From the NCBI GenBank assembly GCA_002269645.1, contig NIVC01000412.1, positions 806,001-870,000 of the forward strand: a stretch of DNA of 64,000 nt, in the 5' to 3' direction. The stretch is from Macrostomum lignano. Lineage: Eukaryota. This document shows, one piece after another, positions 49,846 through 63,474 of this stretch (within the stretch, counting starts at the first letter, position 1; each line of letters begins with the position of its first letter). The position numbers and the translations under genes were made by a program. The notes under the pieces were generated by a model. It was not told the DNA's origin. It worked only from the letters and a program-made list of their open reading frames with translations, and searched no databases.

Positions 49846-51152
49846 GCACCCAGCCAGTCCCCTCTTCTGATTCTGTCGTCATGGTAACTGCAGGTTTAAC
49901 GCGTTAAGAAAATGTTTCTAAACACAGAGGCAGAACTACTTTGAAGACTCTGAGTTGTTGCAAGATTTTTTTCAGAGCCAGCCGTGCTGTAAAAACCTGA
50001 AAGGTCATTGGGTCTCATTCTAGCATAGGAGCAGTCCTGTGTAAAGATGCTCATGTGTTTGCACGTACTCGCTTGTCCGCGTACGTTGCAGAGAAAGGCT
50101 TCTTCGCACTACATAGATATTCTGTTAACTTATTTTCGATAAATATTTCAATATGGAAGTTTTGTTTAAATACTGCTATTGTTCTCTTACCTACAAAACA
50201 AGGTTTATTTCTTTCTTTTAAATTAAGCTCGGTTATAAATAGTTGCTTTTATTTAGCACGAACTCATTTTGTATGCAAAAATGTTTAAATGTATTTTCTT
50301 GAGTAAGTTTTCGTTTTTGACATTGCACTTTTGGTATGTTTAGAAGTTGTTATAAACTGTAATGGTAAAGCCTGTAATAAATGCAGTATTCAGCGTTTAC
50401 AGAAAATGGAGAAGGTGCTTCCAGTCAGGCTTTAGGGGGCGAACTCCCAAACTATTGACTCTGTGTTGGTTTCTTGTTTCTGTTCTTTGGCTAATGGGAT
50501 TTGCAGGTCACATCCGTGATGATATAATGGAATATGATTAGCTAAAACAGTAGATTGTGATGATATTGGTAAGACGATGACGTTAATACTGCATTGGAAA
50601 TCATCATAGCTGTTTTTTGGTCTGAAGTCTGATGACCAAACTCTGTATGATCCAACCGTAAAAATTCACACGTTAGATGCTCGAATGACGTCAAAAACTA
50701 TGATGCATATCAGAGTTGCTGCACAAATAGAAATTTTCCCTTGGCTTGTCGATGAAACCACCAGCTTCACACATCTTCAGTGAATTTTGTGACATTTTTT
50801 TCTTTGTTCCACTCCTTTTCTTTCATTGGGGAATGTTCAACTGTACAAGTTTACTAGCGATCGTGGGGAAAACGAAATTGTTTTGGGAAGTTATTAAGAC
50901 GCAAAAGAAGGTTGAATTCGAATTAGATATACCAGTATTAAGATACTAGTATAGAAAAATAAACAAAAATATAGTCTATGCCATAGACCATTGTCAGCAT
51001 TTACGGAGTGGACAGGTACGCTCTCGCAGATTTATCACAAAAACAGCAGATCATGATAATTTATAGCCTTTTAAGAAGAAAGCACTAGTTATTAAACAAG
51101 ATCCATCAAAACAGCTAAAGTAAGGCTACAAGACAGATCGGCTTGCCTCGCG

Positions 51153-54148
51153 ATGGCCGATGCACGAACAGGACCGTTGTCAAGTTCAAATCAATCTTCA
51201 AAGTTGCGCAGCCGCCGCAAAGATAGAAGTTTCTCAACCAATCATTTCGATCACGACACAGAGTCCAGCGAGTCACAGGTGGTGAAGGAATCCGACGCGA
51301 GGACGTTTTACACCGACGGCAGCAATCGTAGATCGAAGTCTTCCGGCCTGCGCGCTTTGCAAGAGCTTGTATCCGACGCCAGAACGATCCTGTGCGAAGC
51401 GAGGTCTGCGCGGCTGCCCAGCCGACTGCCGCAACCGATGACGCAAAAGCCACCAAAGCATTCGCAGAAGCCGTCTGCAGTCTCGGCCGCCAAACAGTCC
51501 GACGATGACTTCGCCAAGTATCTGGGGCTCTCTGACGCTGCGGGTTCTACGGTGAAGCGGTCGCGACATCGAAGATCAGAGCATCGTCGGTCGTCAATGG
51601 TGAGTTTGTCAGGCTGCACAAGCATTGAGTGAGCAGGTTTACTGATAGATCAGAGAGGCTTTTGGGCAACTTTTGAGCCATCGAGGTAAAGCAGTTATCT
51701 AGGCTTGTAAACAACAACACTTCAGGGCTCTTTAGGGGTTAATCGTACGACAAGACCAAAGATAATTTGGCCGCGTGCAGAACCTTCTCTGTAGGTACTG
51801 CGGTGCGAGAGGCAGACATGTTAATCTCAGCATTGGGCCGAGAGTTGACGTACATGAACAAAACTGCCAAGCCTCCTTCCCTGATCATTTTTATAACAAC
51901 CCGAGAGGAGAGAAGAGCTGTCCTTCAGCTTGATCCTCAAATCCCGACCACCATGCGACCACCATTCTCAGGGACATACACTGTAAGAGCACAGAAATTG
52001 TCCTAGGACTTGTCGTACGGTTCATACTTTGAAGGTTTAACTTCCAGAGCATTCCCGACAATTAGAAAGTTAGGACCGCTGTACTCCCTGTGTATGTTGG
52101 TGTGACTGTGCATTAAGGATTCTTTCTGCGTGGGAGTTGATTGTCGCCTTGGTAGTGCCCAAAGCTGCTATCAAACTGAATAAATAAACTATAAACTTAT
52201 AAATAAACTATAACTATAAACAGCAACAGCAGCAGCCGCTGCCACCAGCGACATCGACACACCCAGCCCCAGAAGAAGACTTTGACGAAGAAAATAAGCT
52301 CTGCTGTCTTATTGGTTCAATGCTGGACCAAGTAGCCAAAGCAGAAGAACAAACCCGGAGACAAAGCAATTGTACGAAGCCAGCTAATCAATGCATAGAT
52401 GCTGCAGCAATCACTGAATCGTTGCATCCGTTTGTTTACGAATTTGGCGACAGAGTTTTTCGGCTGCAATTTCGAACGGCGTTCCCATTCAGCCAGCCGG
52501 AGATGCTCGAAATGTTTAACCTGCTGGCTGGGAATCAGTCTGTGAGTGTCTTTTATTTTAAGCACAAAGCTTTTACCAGCTAATATAGAAGAATGTTGCA
52601 CTTTTGAATCATAAAGTCATGCAATTTTTGCATGTCGACTTGTTTTAGTTACAAACATGGGAGAGAAAAGCATCATTAACGAAAAGTTTTCTTTATCCAC
52701 AGTCGACAAGCGACTCGGAGCTGCTGCTGCGCCAGGGTCTCGCCGACTTGCGCTCGATCCACCTGCAGATGCGCCTGTTCCTGGACACGGACGCCACCCT
52801 CGCCGAAGTTGACGACGCCGAACTGTCCAGTCTGCTGATGACATTCGCCGAGCAAGTGGACCGGGATCTCAGTTCTTCTTCGGCCGGAGGAAGTAGCTTG
52901 GGACGCCTCAGTAATGTTTCTAAATATGCGGCTCGACGAGCTGCGGTCCTCTCCGCTGCAATCGGTCGCTACGCCCGGACAGTTGAACGTCGGCGTCAAC
53001 TGGTGCTCGATCGGATGCAGAGCCTGGCAACAACAGTCGTGGGCTTCGTAGCATGTAGCCCTAGCGACGGAGTCGGTGATGGCTCACTACGCAAGACGGT
53101 TGTCACCCTGTTCGACGACATGCTGGCCTGTTTTACCTGCCTGGCCGGCAGCGTAGGGTCCGCTGGATGCGGCAATAGTAACAGCGGCGATAACATTCCG
53201 AGACCAGCCAGCCCGACGCCAGCTACCGATGGGTTGGATAGCGACGATGAGGAATGCGTCAGAGACGTCGTTCGAGGTGACACGCCTTCACGGTTGCCGC
53301 CACCACCCGCTTCCTTTTTGGAGCCAGACTTTTCATTGGAACCACAGGCTGCCATGGAGCCTGTCTCGGACAATGAAGGCACCGAACGCTTCGATGAACG
53401 CTTCAATCCCCGGCATACAACCGAAGTTGCTGAAAACAACCAGGAATCGGCCATTGAGTCTACTGTCAACTCGTTGATCGAACCGGAAGAGGCTTTTTCA
53501 ATTCAATTCATGGAGCGCCTCGAAGGTCTACTATCTAGCTTTCGACCCAATGAACGGGTTGACAACCAGGAGTTCAAGACGGCATTTAACGCTCTGTTCG
53601 AGTGGTGGCGTCGGGCCTGTAGCGGCTTCGCGAATCGTAGCTTGGAGCGCCGGGTGACGGCCATTAAAGAGAAGTTCGATAGCGCGCAGAAACTTCGAAC
53701 CGAGAGCAACGGTGTGAAGCGTTTATACAGCGAGTCGGAGACCACTTGGGATCTAATTGAAGTTGCCAAGCTGATGGTACCATCAGAAGAGCGAACCGCG
53801 TACCTTGTAGAAACCCAGACGGCGGCCGAGTACCGGGAGCCGACGCTAAGCCTGGTGGATTCGGTGCTCGCTAGGTTGTATCTCTACCAGCTGGCGCAGG
53901 ATTCCAGCGTGCTGTCTGCGCGACTGCGTTCAGATCTTCAACGCCTGATCAATCGGTTGGCTAATTGTGGTCCTGTGCCAATGCTTAACCTGCTGCGTCT
54001 GCGTCTCCTGTATATCCGCTCGAGACAGTACTCTGACCTGCTGCGCGCTCATCCTCAAGGTTGCCTGATCCTAGAGTTAACTCAAATCCATCGCGTGCTC
54101 AATCGTGATGCCTACCCGAGGGCGCAATCACCTGCCCGCTTAACTTGA
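51153..54148 (+). CDS. Uncharacterised 3-exon protein, ~736 aa (possibly ~912 aa if a 1-nt frameshift at 54109-54148 is corrected)
   Basis: join(51153..51599,52224..52541,52703..54148); phase-0 GT-AG introns, GC-rich coding composition, no family recognised. Confidence 0.7.
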
Positions 54149-54675
54149 CTATTTGCGTGCCGCTTAACGACTATAAAAAGTTTTATCAGTACGTCAAAGA
54201 TTTGCGCGTACTTTCTTTTGAAGCGCGCGCCCCGGTGACGGAGAAGAGCAGATCGCTGATGAAGACCAACTGCTTAAGAAAGATTGAAAAGTGCTGCCAG
54301 TGCAGCATCGAAGTCTTGCCGCCTGGTTGCGGCTCTGGGGCCGCCTCGGACGCGGCCACTTGCGGTGCCACCGTCAACTCGCCGTCGACTCTAGCGATAG
54401 CGCAGTCATCGGCTGAGACCGCCCAGACGGCTAGCAATCGGCGAAAACTGCAGCTGCTTGTTGGAGTACCACGGCCGACCTTCGGCTTGGTGGTGCGGCC
54501 GGATCAAAGCCACGGCCGAGCCAACGCCGCAATGCGGATGATCAGCGACACCGCGGGACAGGCAAGCATTAGTGACCGCGTCAAGTATCGCAGCTTTCAC
54601 CTGTGCCTACTAATGCCTCACAACTACAAACCAGCGACTGTGTTTAGCGATATCTCAAGGCCATTAAACTGTTAA
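54109..54675 (+). other. Coding-like open frame (-1 relative to the upstream exon) overlapping the end of the 736-aa gene
   Basis: Stop-free 54109-54675, GC-rich, reads LPEGAITCPLNLTICVPLNDYKKFYQYVKDLRVLSFE... Confidence 0.5.
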
Positions 54676-56198
54676 AATCTACAAGACTAGTATGTTGCAT
54701 CATCAGCTTATCGATTTTATTTTACTTTTTACTTTCATTTACTAGATCGTTAAAAGTCCTACTAGCTGGCAGGCACCTTCCGTGATAGTTTTACTTTGCC
54801 TCAGCTTGTTTCGTGCATTTTATAGAATTAAGTTGCGTGTAGTTACGCGATGCGTTCGCAGATTTCACTGCAGATAGAATGGCAGAGACTAACCTGACTT
54901 ACTGGCTCATGTACAGCTAGTAACAGAACAGTGTACATTACGACTCTATGTTTGAGTGCTTGTGAAAAACAAGCGTTTTAATTGGGTTGTTTTGTTTAAC
55001 TGAATATGCTTTTTACAGAATTTATTTGTAGAATTCAACTTGTATTGCGCATAAGAATACACGTATGATCGTATGATAAACCTTTAAGGTCGCAATTTTT
55101 TACGCCAGTGTACTTTTACATTCATACTATGATAATTGCCTTTGCAATATAACGGCCTGTATTAGCATTTTACATAGAATAACTTGCGTTTATTGTGGAA
55201 ACCATTTTGTAAAAATGCCTAAAATACATGAGTGAAGCAAACAGTCATATTATATTGAACGTTATATAGCTACAGTATATAAATATAGTCGAGTAAACTG
55301 ATCGAACTTGTTGTATGCGTGATATTGAAAACTGTGACCTGTCCTTGGACCTCCGTTGCCAAGCAACCCTTATGACGTAACCCGCCAGCCGCGCTGTGAT
55401 TGGACAAGAAATTCGGGTTGGACATAGCGGAGAGAAATGATTAGTAATGAAGGACTGCATAACAGGCGGGGAAAGCTTGGGGAGATAGAGGGTCGTAAAG
55501 CTGTCACTTATGATTGATCGATAAGCATGAGCATAAGTCCTCCACACAGAAATCACAGGGAGGAAGGGGAGGGTGCGCAGATTGGGTAGGCAGATCACCC
55601 CTTCGCCGCGCCTGTGGACGAGATAGGATGGAAAAAGTAAAGAAAGCTTGGAAAGAGAAGCTGGAGAGAAAGGCATGGATCGACGGAAGCAAAAATGCAG
55701 AGAATGTGTTGCCGGCCCTCTTTATACAGAAACTTAAACATGTAGTACTTTATCAGCTTAGAAATTCCGATGGAACAGCAAAAATGCTCAAAAAATGATG
55801 AACGTTATCACCCAGCAAAAGTACATTCCCTGTGCAGTAAGTGCATGAATTCTTCAAATCCATTCGAATGTACTACATGTTTGTACAATAGCATTCACGC
55901 AGATGGTCCTGCAGCGATACACATGTGCCTATTCCTTATGGCAACCAAAGTCGGATTTTTCTCTTCAGTTCAGTGGCCATGCAGTGAATACCAGCACAGC
56001 TAAGAAATCAGGAACCAATACAGACTCACTAAGTTCTTTTATTTGTGCAAGTTGGAACTGAAATTGCTATAAATTAATGTCACTGATGAGGACGCACTTT
56101 TTCCCAAATCCCGCGCTAGCACATGGGCTCTAAACTTACTTGCCTACTAACAGTGGGCAATGGGCATTTTTATCCTTTATCTGCGAATTTTCATAGAA

Positions 56199-59100
56199 TC
56201 TAAATATACTAAATCTCTAAGGTTTGTATGCTTGCTTGCTTGAATGTCCATAACGCTCTAGAGATTGCAATTCTTCACCGATTTTGATCGCGTTTTCGCC
56301 AAAAGATTTAAAATTGTCTGGAAAGAAGACGGTTAAAATTTCTTTAATCTGCTTCAATGCTAAAGGGATTAAATATTCGAAAAACATGCTTTTTTGCAAA
56401 GGTCAAGCAGCTCTTTCGACTTTAAATGCACTGTAAAAATGCTAGAGAAAAAACTGACTGGCTGAATTCTGATTCTGATAAAGATTGCATCACAACAAGT
56501 TGAAAACACTGTGCCAAGTTGAAAGACAGAAATTGCGTAACCATATTGCTAACTTTAATTTAGACTGATAATGACTGCCTGCGTATTTGATTATGTCATA
56601 GCTGCTTCGTGTGATGTTCACTCGAACAGACTTTGTGTTAGTATTCGTGTATTCGTGTAGCGCTCTAGAGATCGAACCAATTGACCAATTTTAATCGCGT
56701 TTTTGCCAAAAGATTAGTAATTATCTGGAAATAAGACAGTTAAAATTTGTTGTAGCTGCTTCAATGTTAAAGGTATTAAATATTCGAAAAACGAGTGTTT
56801 CTAATGCTTTTAATAGAAGGCCAAGCAAGGTTGAATTCTTGACTGGCTGAATTCCAATTCTAATTATGATTGCACCACAACTGCGTACTGCATATTCTCG
56901 CTATAAACTGACTCTGAGCTTTTTAGGTGGAGGCAGTGTGCCAAGCATTGCGCAGGCACTCTGGAGGGAGAGCGAAATCAGCCAGTGCATTTTAAAAGTT
57001 TTAAAATAAAATAATGCTCAGTGGCTGCGTGTGTACATACTTCTGACCTTGGCTGAACGGCTCTGCCGGCACCAAACCTGTGCACACTGAGCAGCCTATC
57101 ACTGCTATGTATTTGACCGCAACATCAAAGCATAAATGGCTGATTTTTGCGCCCTCCAATCAGTAGGCGGAATAGCCGCAGTGTAGGCACTAGGACTAGG
57201 TTTAGGCTAGGCGTAAGGTCAAAGGTTCGAGTTCGCCTCGCCGGCCGATAATTAAAATTAAATAAATTAGTTCATTTATACCTAGCGCCTCAACTAATTG
57301 AATCATTTTTTATTAATTAGTAAGCCACACTCAATGAATGATTTTTGCTATTCAACACAAGTTGCTAAACAAACTTGATTTTGTCAATTTGAATTTGATT
57401 TGATTTCAGCCAGTGCATTTTAAATTTGATTTGTAAAAAAACTGCTAAATGCTGAGCTGCGCAAAAGACTGCCGATATGTATCGAAAATTGATTAGTAAG
57501 CCCTACTAAATGCTGAGAAAATTTTCAGAATACTGAAAGAATCATTGCTGAGAAGACTCATTCATGCAGACTGCAAAGGGAAAAATTGAAAAAAACTGCT
57601 GAGGTATTCCTCCAGACTTATGAGTGTATAGCAGAGCAAGTTGTTGAGGGGATACGAGTAACTGCGGACTGCTGAGTGAATTATTGTAGTTTGCCGATGT
57701 CAATGAAAGTTTAGACAGCAAAGTGGATACTCGTACCTGCAGGCTGCTAAGAGTATGACTGCAGTCTGTTTGTGGGATTAGAAGGGATAGCTAATTTCAG
57801 GTTGTTGTGCGGATAACTGCCGATTTCTGGGGGGGGGGTTAACTTCAAGGTGCGAAGTTACTAAACTTCTAGAATAGTAAGGCTTTTAGTAGAAGGTCGG
57901 CAGTTCGAGTCTACATTGAAGCAGCGAATTTATCTTTGTGACAATAATCATTGTTTCCTATGGGAATTCATGCAAATTTTTAACATTTTTTTAATATATA
58001 CTTTCGCTGGGGCTACGCTAAGCTTCAAGAGCAGTGCTTATCTGCTGTAAGTGCTAATTTGCAAAGGGTATTGCTAATCTGGGTGAGCAGCGCTAATCGG
58101 GGAGAGCAGTGCTAATCTGACGCATATAATAAAATAATAAATATGTAAGGAGATTAAATTTACCCTGCAAGTTGCAAAAACATTTTAAATGGTTTTGATT
58201 ATGCAGAAGCAATATGGCCATATGCAAAGATTAGTGGCCATCTGCTCACTGGTTGTGCAAAACAGTGCTGGTGAACCATTGCTAAACTGCTGGTGAAGCA
58301 TTGCTAAACTGCATTGCTAAACTGCTGGTGAACCATTGCTAAACTGCAGAAAGCTATACTGAAATATTGTATTTTTTAATACAAACTTCTTTTAAAGAGA
58401 AGAAAACGCAAAGGCAAGAAAAAGCGAACAAGAATCATCATGTCAATCATAAAAAAGCGCCCTTTCGAAAGTAAAAGTCTCATTGGGAATTGCTAAGACT
58501 GTTAAGACTGCTAAGACTATTGCTACGAGCATAATGCTGGGATGGCAAATTGCTGTGATATATCAATACTCATGGAAGGATTTATAAGATATCAAGACAA
58601 AGGGGAATTGCTATAATTATGTCATTCTGGGGAGAATTGCTTTGAATTCAAGGTTCATTTGTGAAATTGCTGAAATTAATTGTTGAAATACAAGTGCCAA
58701 GATATCAAATGGTTAGTCACTCAATTTTCAGGCTCATGGGGAAATTGCTAACATTTCCAAAGCTCATTGGGGAATTGCTGAAATTCTACTGCAGGTTAAG
58801 GGTTATGGTTTTGGTTAAATTATAGAGCGATCGTCGTGACAACCATCAATGATCCATCGAGGAATTGCCAAGATTAAAGGCTCTTGGGGCGAATTACTTA
58901 AATGCTTTGGCTCTACGGGAAATTGCTGACAGGTCAAGGCTTTCGGTGAAATTCAGATTACAAACCTTATGAGGAAGTTAAATGCTGAGGCTCAAGGCTC
59001 ATAGTGGAAATTGCTAACATGCCAAGACTCACTTATGGGTAGGTTTGGGGGCTTAGGGTCAGTTTTGGTTCAATCATACGCTCGTAGATTAACCGCTGTC

Positions 59101-60750
59101 AACAATCAATTAAAGACTTGCTAAGATATCAAAGCTCATGGGGGAATAGCTGAGTTATCAAGGGTTATAAAGCGATTGCTGAATTCTTGGGAGAGGGGAG
59201 TTGGGTTGTTGGGATGTCAAGGCTAATTACTGCTTTGGGAGAATTGCTGCAATGTCGAGGCTTAATGGGGGAATTGCTGAGATGTCAAGGCTTTCTGGGA
59301 ATTGCTAAAATGTCAAGTCCTACTGGGAATTGCTAAGATTTCTATGCTTACTGAGATGTCAAGGCTTACTGGGGGAATTGCTGAGATGTCAAGGCTTACT
59401 GGGGGAATTGCTGAGATCTCAGAGCTTACTGGGGGAATTGCTGAGATGTCAAGGCTTACTGAGGGAATTGCTGAGATGTCAAGGCTTACTGGGGGAATTG
59501 CTGAGATGTCAAGTCTTACTGAGGGAATCGCTGAGATCTCAAAACTTACTGGGATAATTTCTGAGATCTCAATGCTTACTGGGGGAATGCTGAGATTTCA
59601 AGGCTTACTGGGGGAATTGCTGAGATCTCAAGGCTTACTGGGGGAATTGCTGAGATGTCAAGGCTTACTGGGGGAATTGCTGAGATGTCAAGTCTTACTG
59701 AGGGAATCGCTGAGATCTCAAAACTTACTGGGATAATTTCTGAGATCTCAATGCTTACTGGGGGAATGCTGAGATTTCAAGGCTTACTGGGGGAATTGCT
59801 GAGATCTCAAGGCTTACTGGGGGAATTGCTGAGATGTCAAGGCTTACTGGGGGAATTGCTGAGATGTCAAGGCTTACTGGGGGAATTGCTGAGATGTCAA
59901 GGCTTACTGGGGGAATTGCTGAAATTTCAAGGCTTACTGGGGGAATTGCTGAGATATCAAGGCTTACTGGGGGAATTGCTGAGATATCAAGGCTTACTGG
60001 GGGAATTGCTGAGATCTCAAAACTTACTGGGGGAATGCTGAGATTTCAAGGCTTACTGGGGGAATTGCTGAGATGTCAAGGCTTACTGGGGGAATTGCTG
60101 AGATCTCAGAGCTTACTGGGGGAATTGCTGAGATGTCAAGGCTTACTGGGGGAATTGCTGAGATCTCAAGGCTTAGCTACTGGGATAATTTCTGAGATCT
60201 CAAGGCTTACTGTGGAAATTGCTGAGACGTCAAGGCTCATGGACGATGGCTGAATTTTTTTGGGGGGTGTTAGGTTGTTGGGCGATTGTCAGATAGTCAG
60301 GTAGTACGGCTCAAGTAGCTCATGTAATTCAGAAGTGATGCTGATTTCTGCTAATAGGAAATACCAGCGCATTTAATCCTTTGCGCTGGTTTGATCCTTT
60401 GATTTAGGCTAATATAGAGAGAGAGTCTAAGGGCGTCAGGGATTTGCATATTGAGCTCCTGCTGCGGATCAGAGTATGCCCCGGCCAGCGACGATATGCA
60501 CTAAGAGTTTGTGCTTGAAAGGATAAGCACTATTTGCTGATTTAGAAAGGGTTTTGGGCTGATGAACGAAACTTTTTTGGCTAATAAAATTCGGATTAAT
60601 GACAATTTATTTCTGCCAAAATGAGAAAAGGTAATTTTTGATTATTGGAAATCAAAATTTTGGATGATTATAGTAAGGTTACTCTTGTGCCAAAATAAAA
60701 ACCAATTGGTGTCATTTTCAAGGCTCCCCAGCGGGGGGCTAAATGGCTAG
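56199..60750 (+). mobile_element. Helitron-like element C (A|TC...hairpin-CTAG) carrying a 30-bp satellite
   Basis: 5' TCTAAATATACTAAATCTCTAAG preceded by A. Hairpin GCTCCCC-AGC-GGGGGGC 60723-60739; CTAG 60747-60750. Confidence 0.7.
59250..60235. repeat. 30-bp satellite GGGGGAATTGCTGAGATGTCAAGGCTTACT
   Basis: Period 30; a duplicated ~6-unit block is visible. Confidence 0.94.
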
Positions 60751-63474
60751 TCACAATATACTAAATCTCTAAGATCTGTCTGACCGGTATTCCAGTCTAC
60801 AGCCTGAATGCCTGAACCGATTTTTTTTAAACTTGCTTTATTCAATTGCAAATTCTTGTGAGATTGTGTGGTTGTAATTGCATTGAAAAATTCGAATGGG
60901 AAGATGATTAAATATTCAAAAAACGAGTTTTCCCAATGCTTTTAATAGGAGGCTATAAAAGTTCAAAATCTCACTAACTGAATTTCAATTCCAATTAAGA
61001 TTGCGCCACAACTTTTCTCTCTTCATTGTGTAGTAGGCCTCAGTACTGGATGCAGTGTGCAAGGGAGAGAAAAATGCTCAGTGGCGGCGTGTGTACATTT
61101 TGCTCTGGCTGACTGCATAGACAATTGCTATTTATAGATTTCACTCAACTGTGCATTGGCTCTGCCTGCATACAACCTGTGCACACTGAGCAGCCTATCA
61201 CTGCTATGTATTTGACTGCAGTGCCGAAGCATATATGGCTGATTTTTGCGCCCTCCGATCAGTAGGCGGAATAGCCGCAGTGTAGGCACTAGGACTAGGT
61301 TTAGGCTAGGCGTAAGGTCCATGGTTCGAGTCCGCCTCCCCAGCGGATAATTAAAATTAAATAAATTCATTCATTAGTAGCTTGTGCCTCGACTATTTTG
61401 AGAATTGATTGATTAATTATCTATTGCCTGAGCAATTAAAATTCTTTTATTAATTACAATAATTTAATTTTGCTACTCGCACAAGCCACTAAGCAAATTT
61501 GATTTGATTTGTAAAATCTTAAGATCCCATTAATTGTTATTATCTAGGTCTATAGAAGTAGATATTACTAAACTGCAGGGGATTAAATTACTAAACTACA
61601 GACGATGCTGCTAAACTGCTGAGGTTTTGCTAAATGCTGAGTGATGCCAAAGATTGCCGATATGTATCGAAAATCGATAAGTGAGCCATAAAATGCTGAG
61701 CTAATTTCTACATTGTTGAAAGGATCATTGCAGTAGACGATGCTGCTAAACTGGTATTGCTAAATGCTGAGTTGCGCAAGACTGCCAATATGTATCGAAA
61801 ATTGATTAGTGCGCCGTCGTAAATGCTGAGCAAATTTTTAAATCATTGAAAAGATCATTGCAGTTTGCTGAGAATACTGAGGGGCCAGCTGAGAGAACTG
61901 CAGACTGCTGAGGGGATAAATGAGAATTATTAAGGAAACACTTGCTGACTGCAAATGAATTGACTGCAGACTACTGAGGGGAACTGCAGATTGTTGAAGG
62001 GATCATTGCAGACTGCAAAGGGGACAAACTGCAAACTGCTGACGTTGGTTAGTTTCTCGAGACTTGAGCGTATAAGCTGCAAACTGCCTAGGGGATAGCT
62101 GCAGACTGCTAGGATAATAATGGCAGACTTCTGAGGCGGATATCTAACTGTGAATAATTGTAGCTTGCAGAAGGGACAATTATGGGTCCCTGAGGGATAA
62201 ATGAATAATAATAATAAAAGTTGTAGAGTGCAAATGAGTTGTATGACTGCAGTCTGTTTTGCGGAATTAGAAGGGATAATTTCAGGTTGTTGTGGGGATA
62301 ACTGCCAATTTCTGGGGAGGGTTTAACTTTAAACTTCTGAGGCGATAATAGTAGTCACCTTTTAGCAGTTTGGAAGTGGTGCTAATCTGGGGAGCGGTGC
62401 TAATCTAAGGGAGTGGGGCTAATATAAAGGAGTGGGGGGGCTAATCTGGCGGATTGGGGCTAATCTGGAGGAAGTAGCGGTGCGAATTTTTGCGGAGTGG
62501 TGCAAATCTGGAGAAGTAGTGCTAATCTGGGGAGGTGAAACTATCTGGGAAGCGGCGGTAATCTGTGGAGCGGTGCTAATCTAGGCTGAGTGCTAATCTG
62601 GGCTAAGTGCTAATCTGGGCTGAGTGCTAATCTTGGCTGAGTGCTAATCTGGGCTGAGTGCTAATCTGGGCTGAGTGCTAATCTAGGCTGAGTGCTAATC
62701 TGGGCTGAGTGCTAATCTGGGCTGAGTGCTAATCTGGGCTGAGTGCTAATCTGGGCTGAGTGCTAATCTGGGCTGAGTGCTAATCTGGGCTGAGTGCTAA
62801 TCTGGGCTGAGTGCTAATCTAGGCTGAGTGCTAATCTGGGCTGAGTGCTAATCTAGGCTGAGTGCTAATCTGGGCTGAGTGCTAATCTGGGCTGAGTGCT
62901 AATCTAGGCTGAGTGCTAATCTGGGCTGAGTGCTAATCTGGGCTGAGTGCTAATCTGGGCTGAGTGCTAATCTAGGCTGAGTGCTAATCTGGGCTGAGTG
63001 CTAATCTGGGCTGAGTGCTAATCTGGGCTGAGTGCTAATCTGGGCTGAGTGCTAATCTAGGCTGAGTGCTACTCTAGGCTGAGTGCTAATCTGGGCTGAG
63101 TGCTAATCTGGGCTGAGTGCTAATCTGGGCGCAGTGCTAATCTGGGCGTAGTGCTAATCTGGGGGAAGTGGGGCTAATCTGGGGGTGTAGGGCTAATGTG
63201 GGAGAATAGTGCTAATCTGGTGAGCATTTGAAAATAATGAATAATCATAAAAGAACTATAAATGAATTGACACTGCAAAGTTTCAAACATTAAGAAATGT
63301 AACTGTTTAGAACTTTTTAGTCTCAGTAAAATTAATGTACAACTGCTTAGAGATTTGCTACTGCAGAACTTCTAGGAGATTAGTGAGATTTGCTCAGCGA
63401 CTGTGCAAAACTGCTTATATACAAGCGCTAAACTGCTAAGAAGCCACCCACCCGGAGGGGGGCTAAATGGCTAG
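60751..63474 (+). mobile_element. Helitron-like element D, head-to-tail with C and E, carrying a 17-bp satellite
   Basis: 5' TCACAATATACTAAATCTCTAAG. Shares blocks with C (e.g. ~56990-57280 vs ~61075-61370). Ends GGGGGGCTAAATGGCTAG at 63474. Confidence 0.7.
62575..63135. repeat. 17-bp satellite GCTAATCTGGGCTGAGT
   Basis: Period 17, ~33 units. Confidence 0.95.

Noticed and set aside
51767-52006. LINE endonuclease remnant (GGLAV) on the minus strand
   Set aside because: Only a 5-residue resemblance; other APE motifs are absent.
59302-60253. ORFs (MSRLTGGIAE)n that resemble a leucine-rich or pentapeptide repeat
   Set aside because: 30-bp satellite inside a Helitron-like element; frameshifts between blocks.
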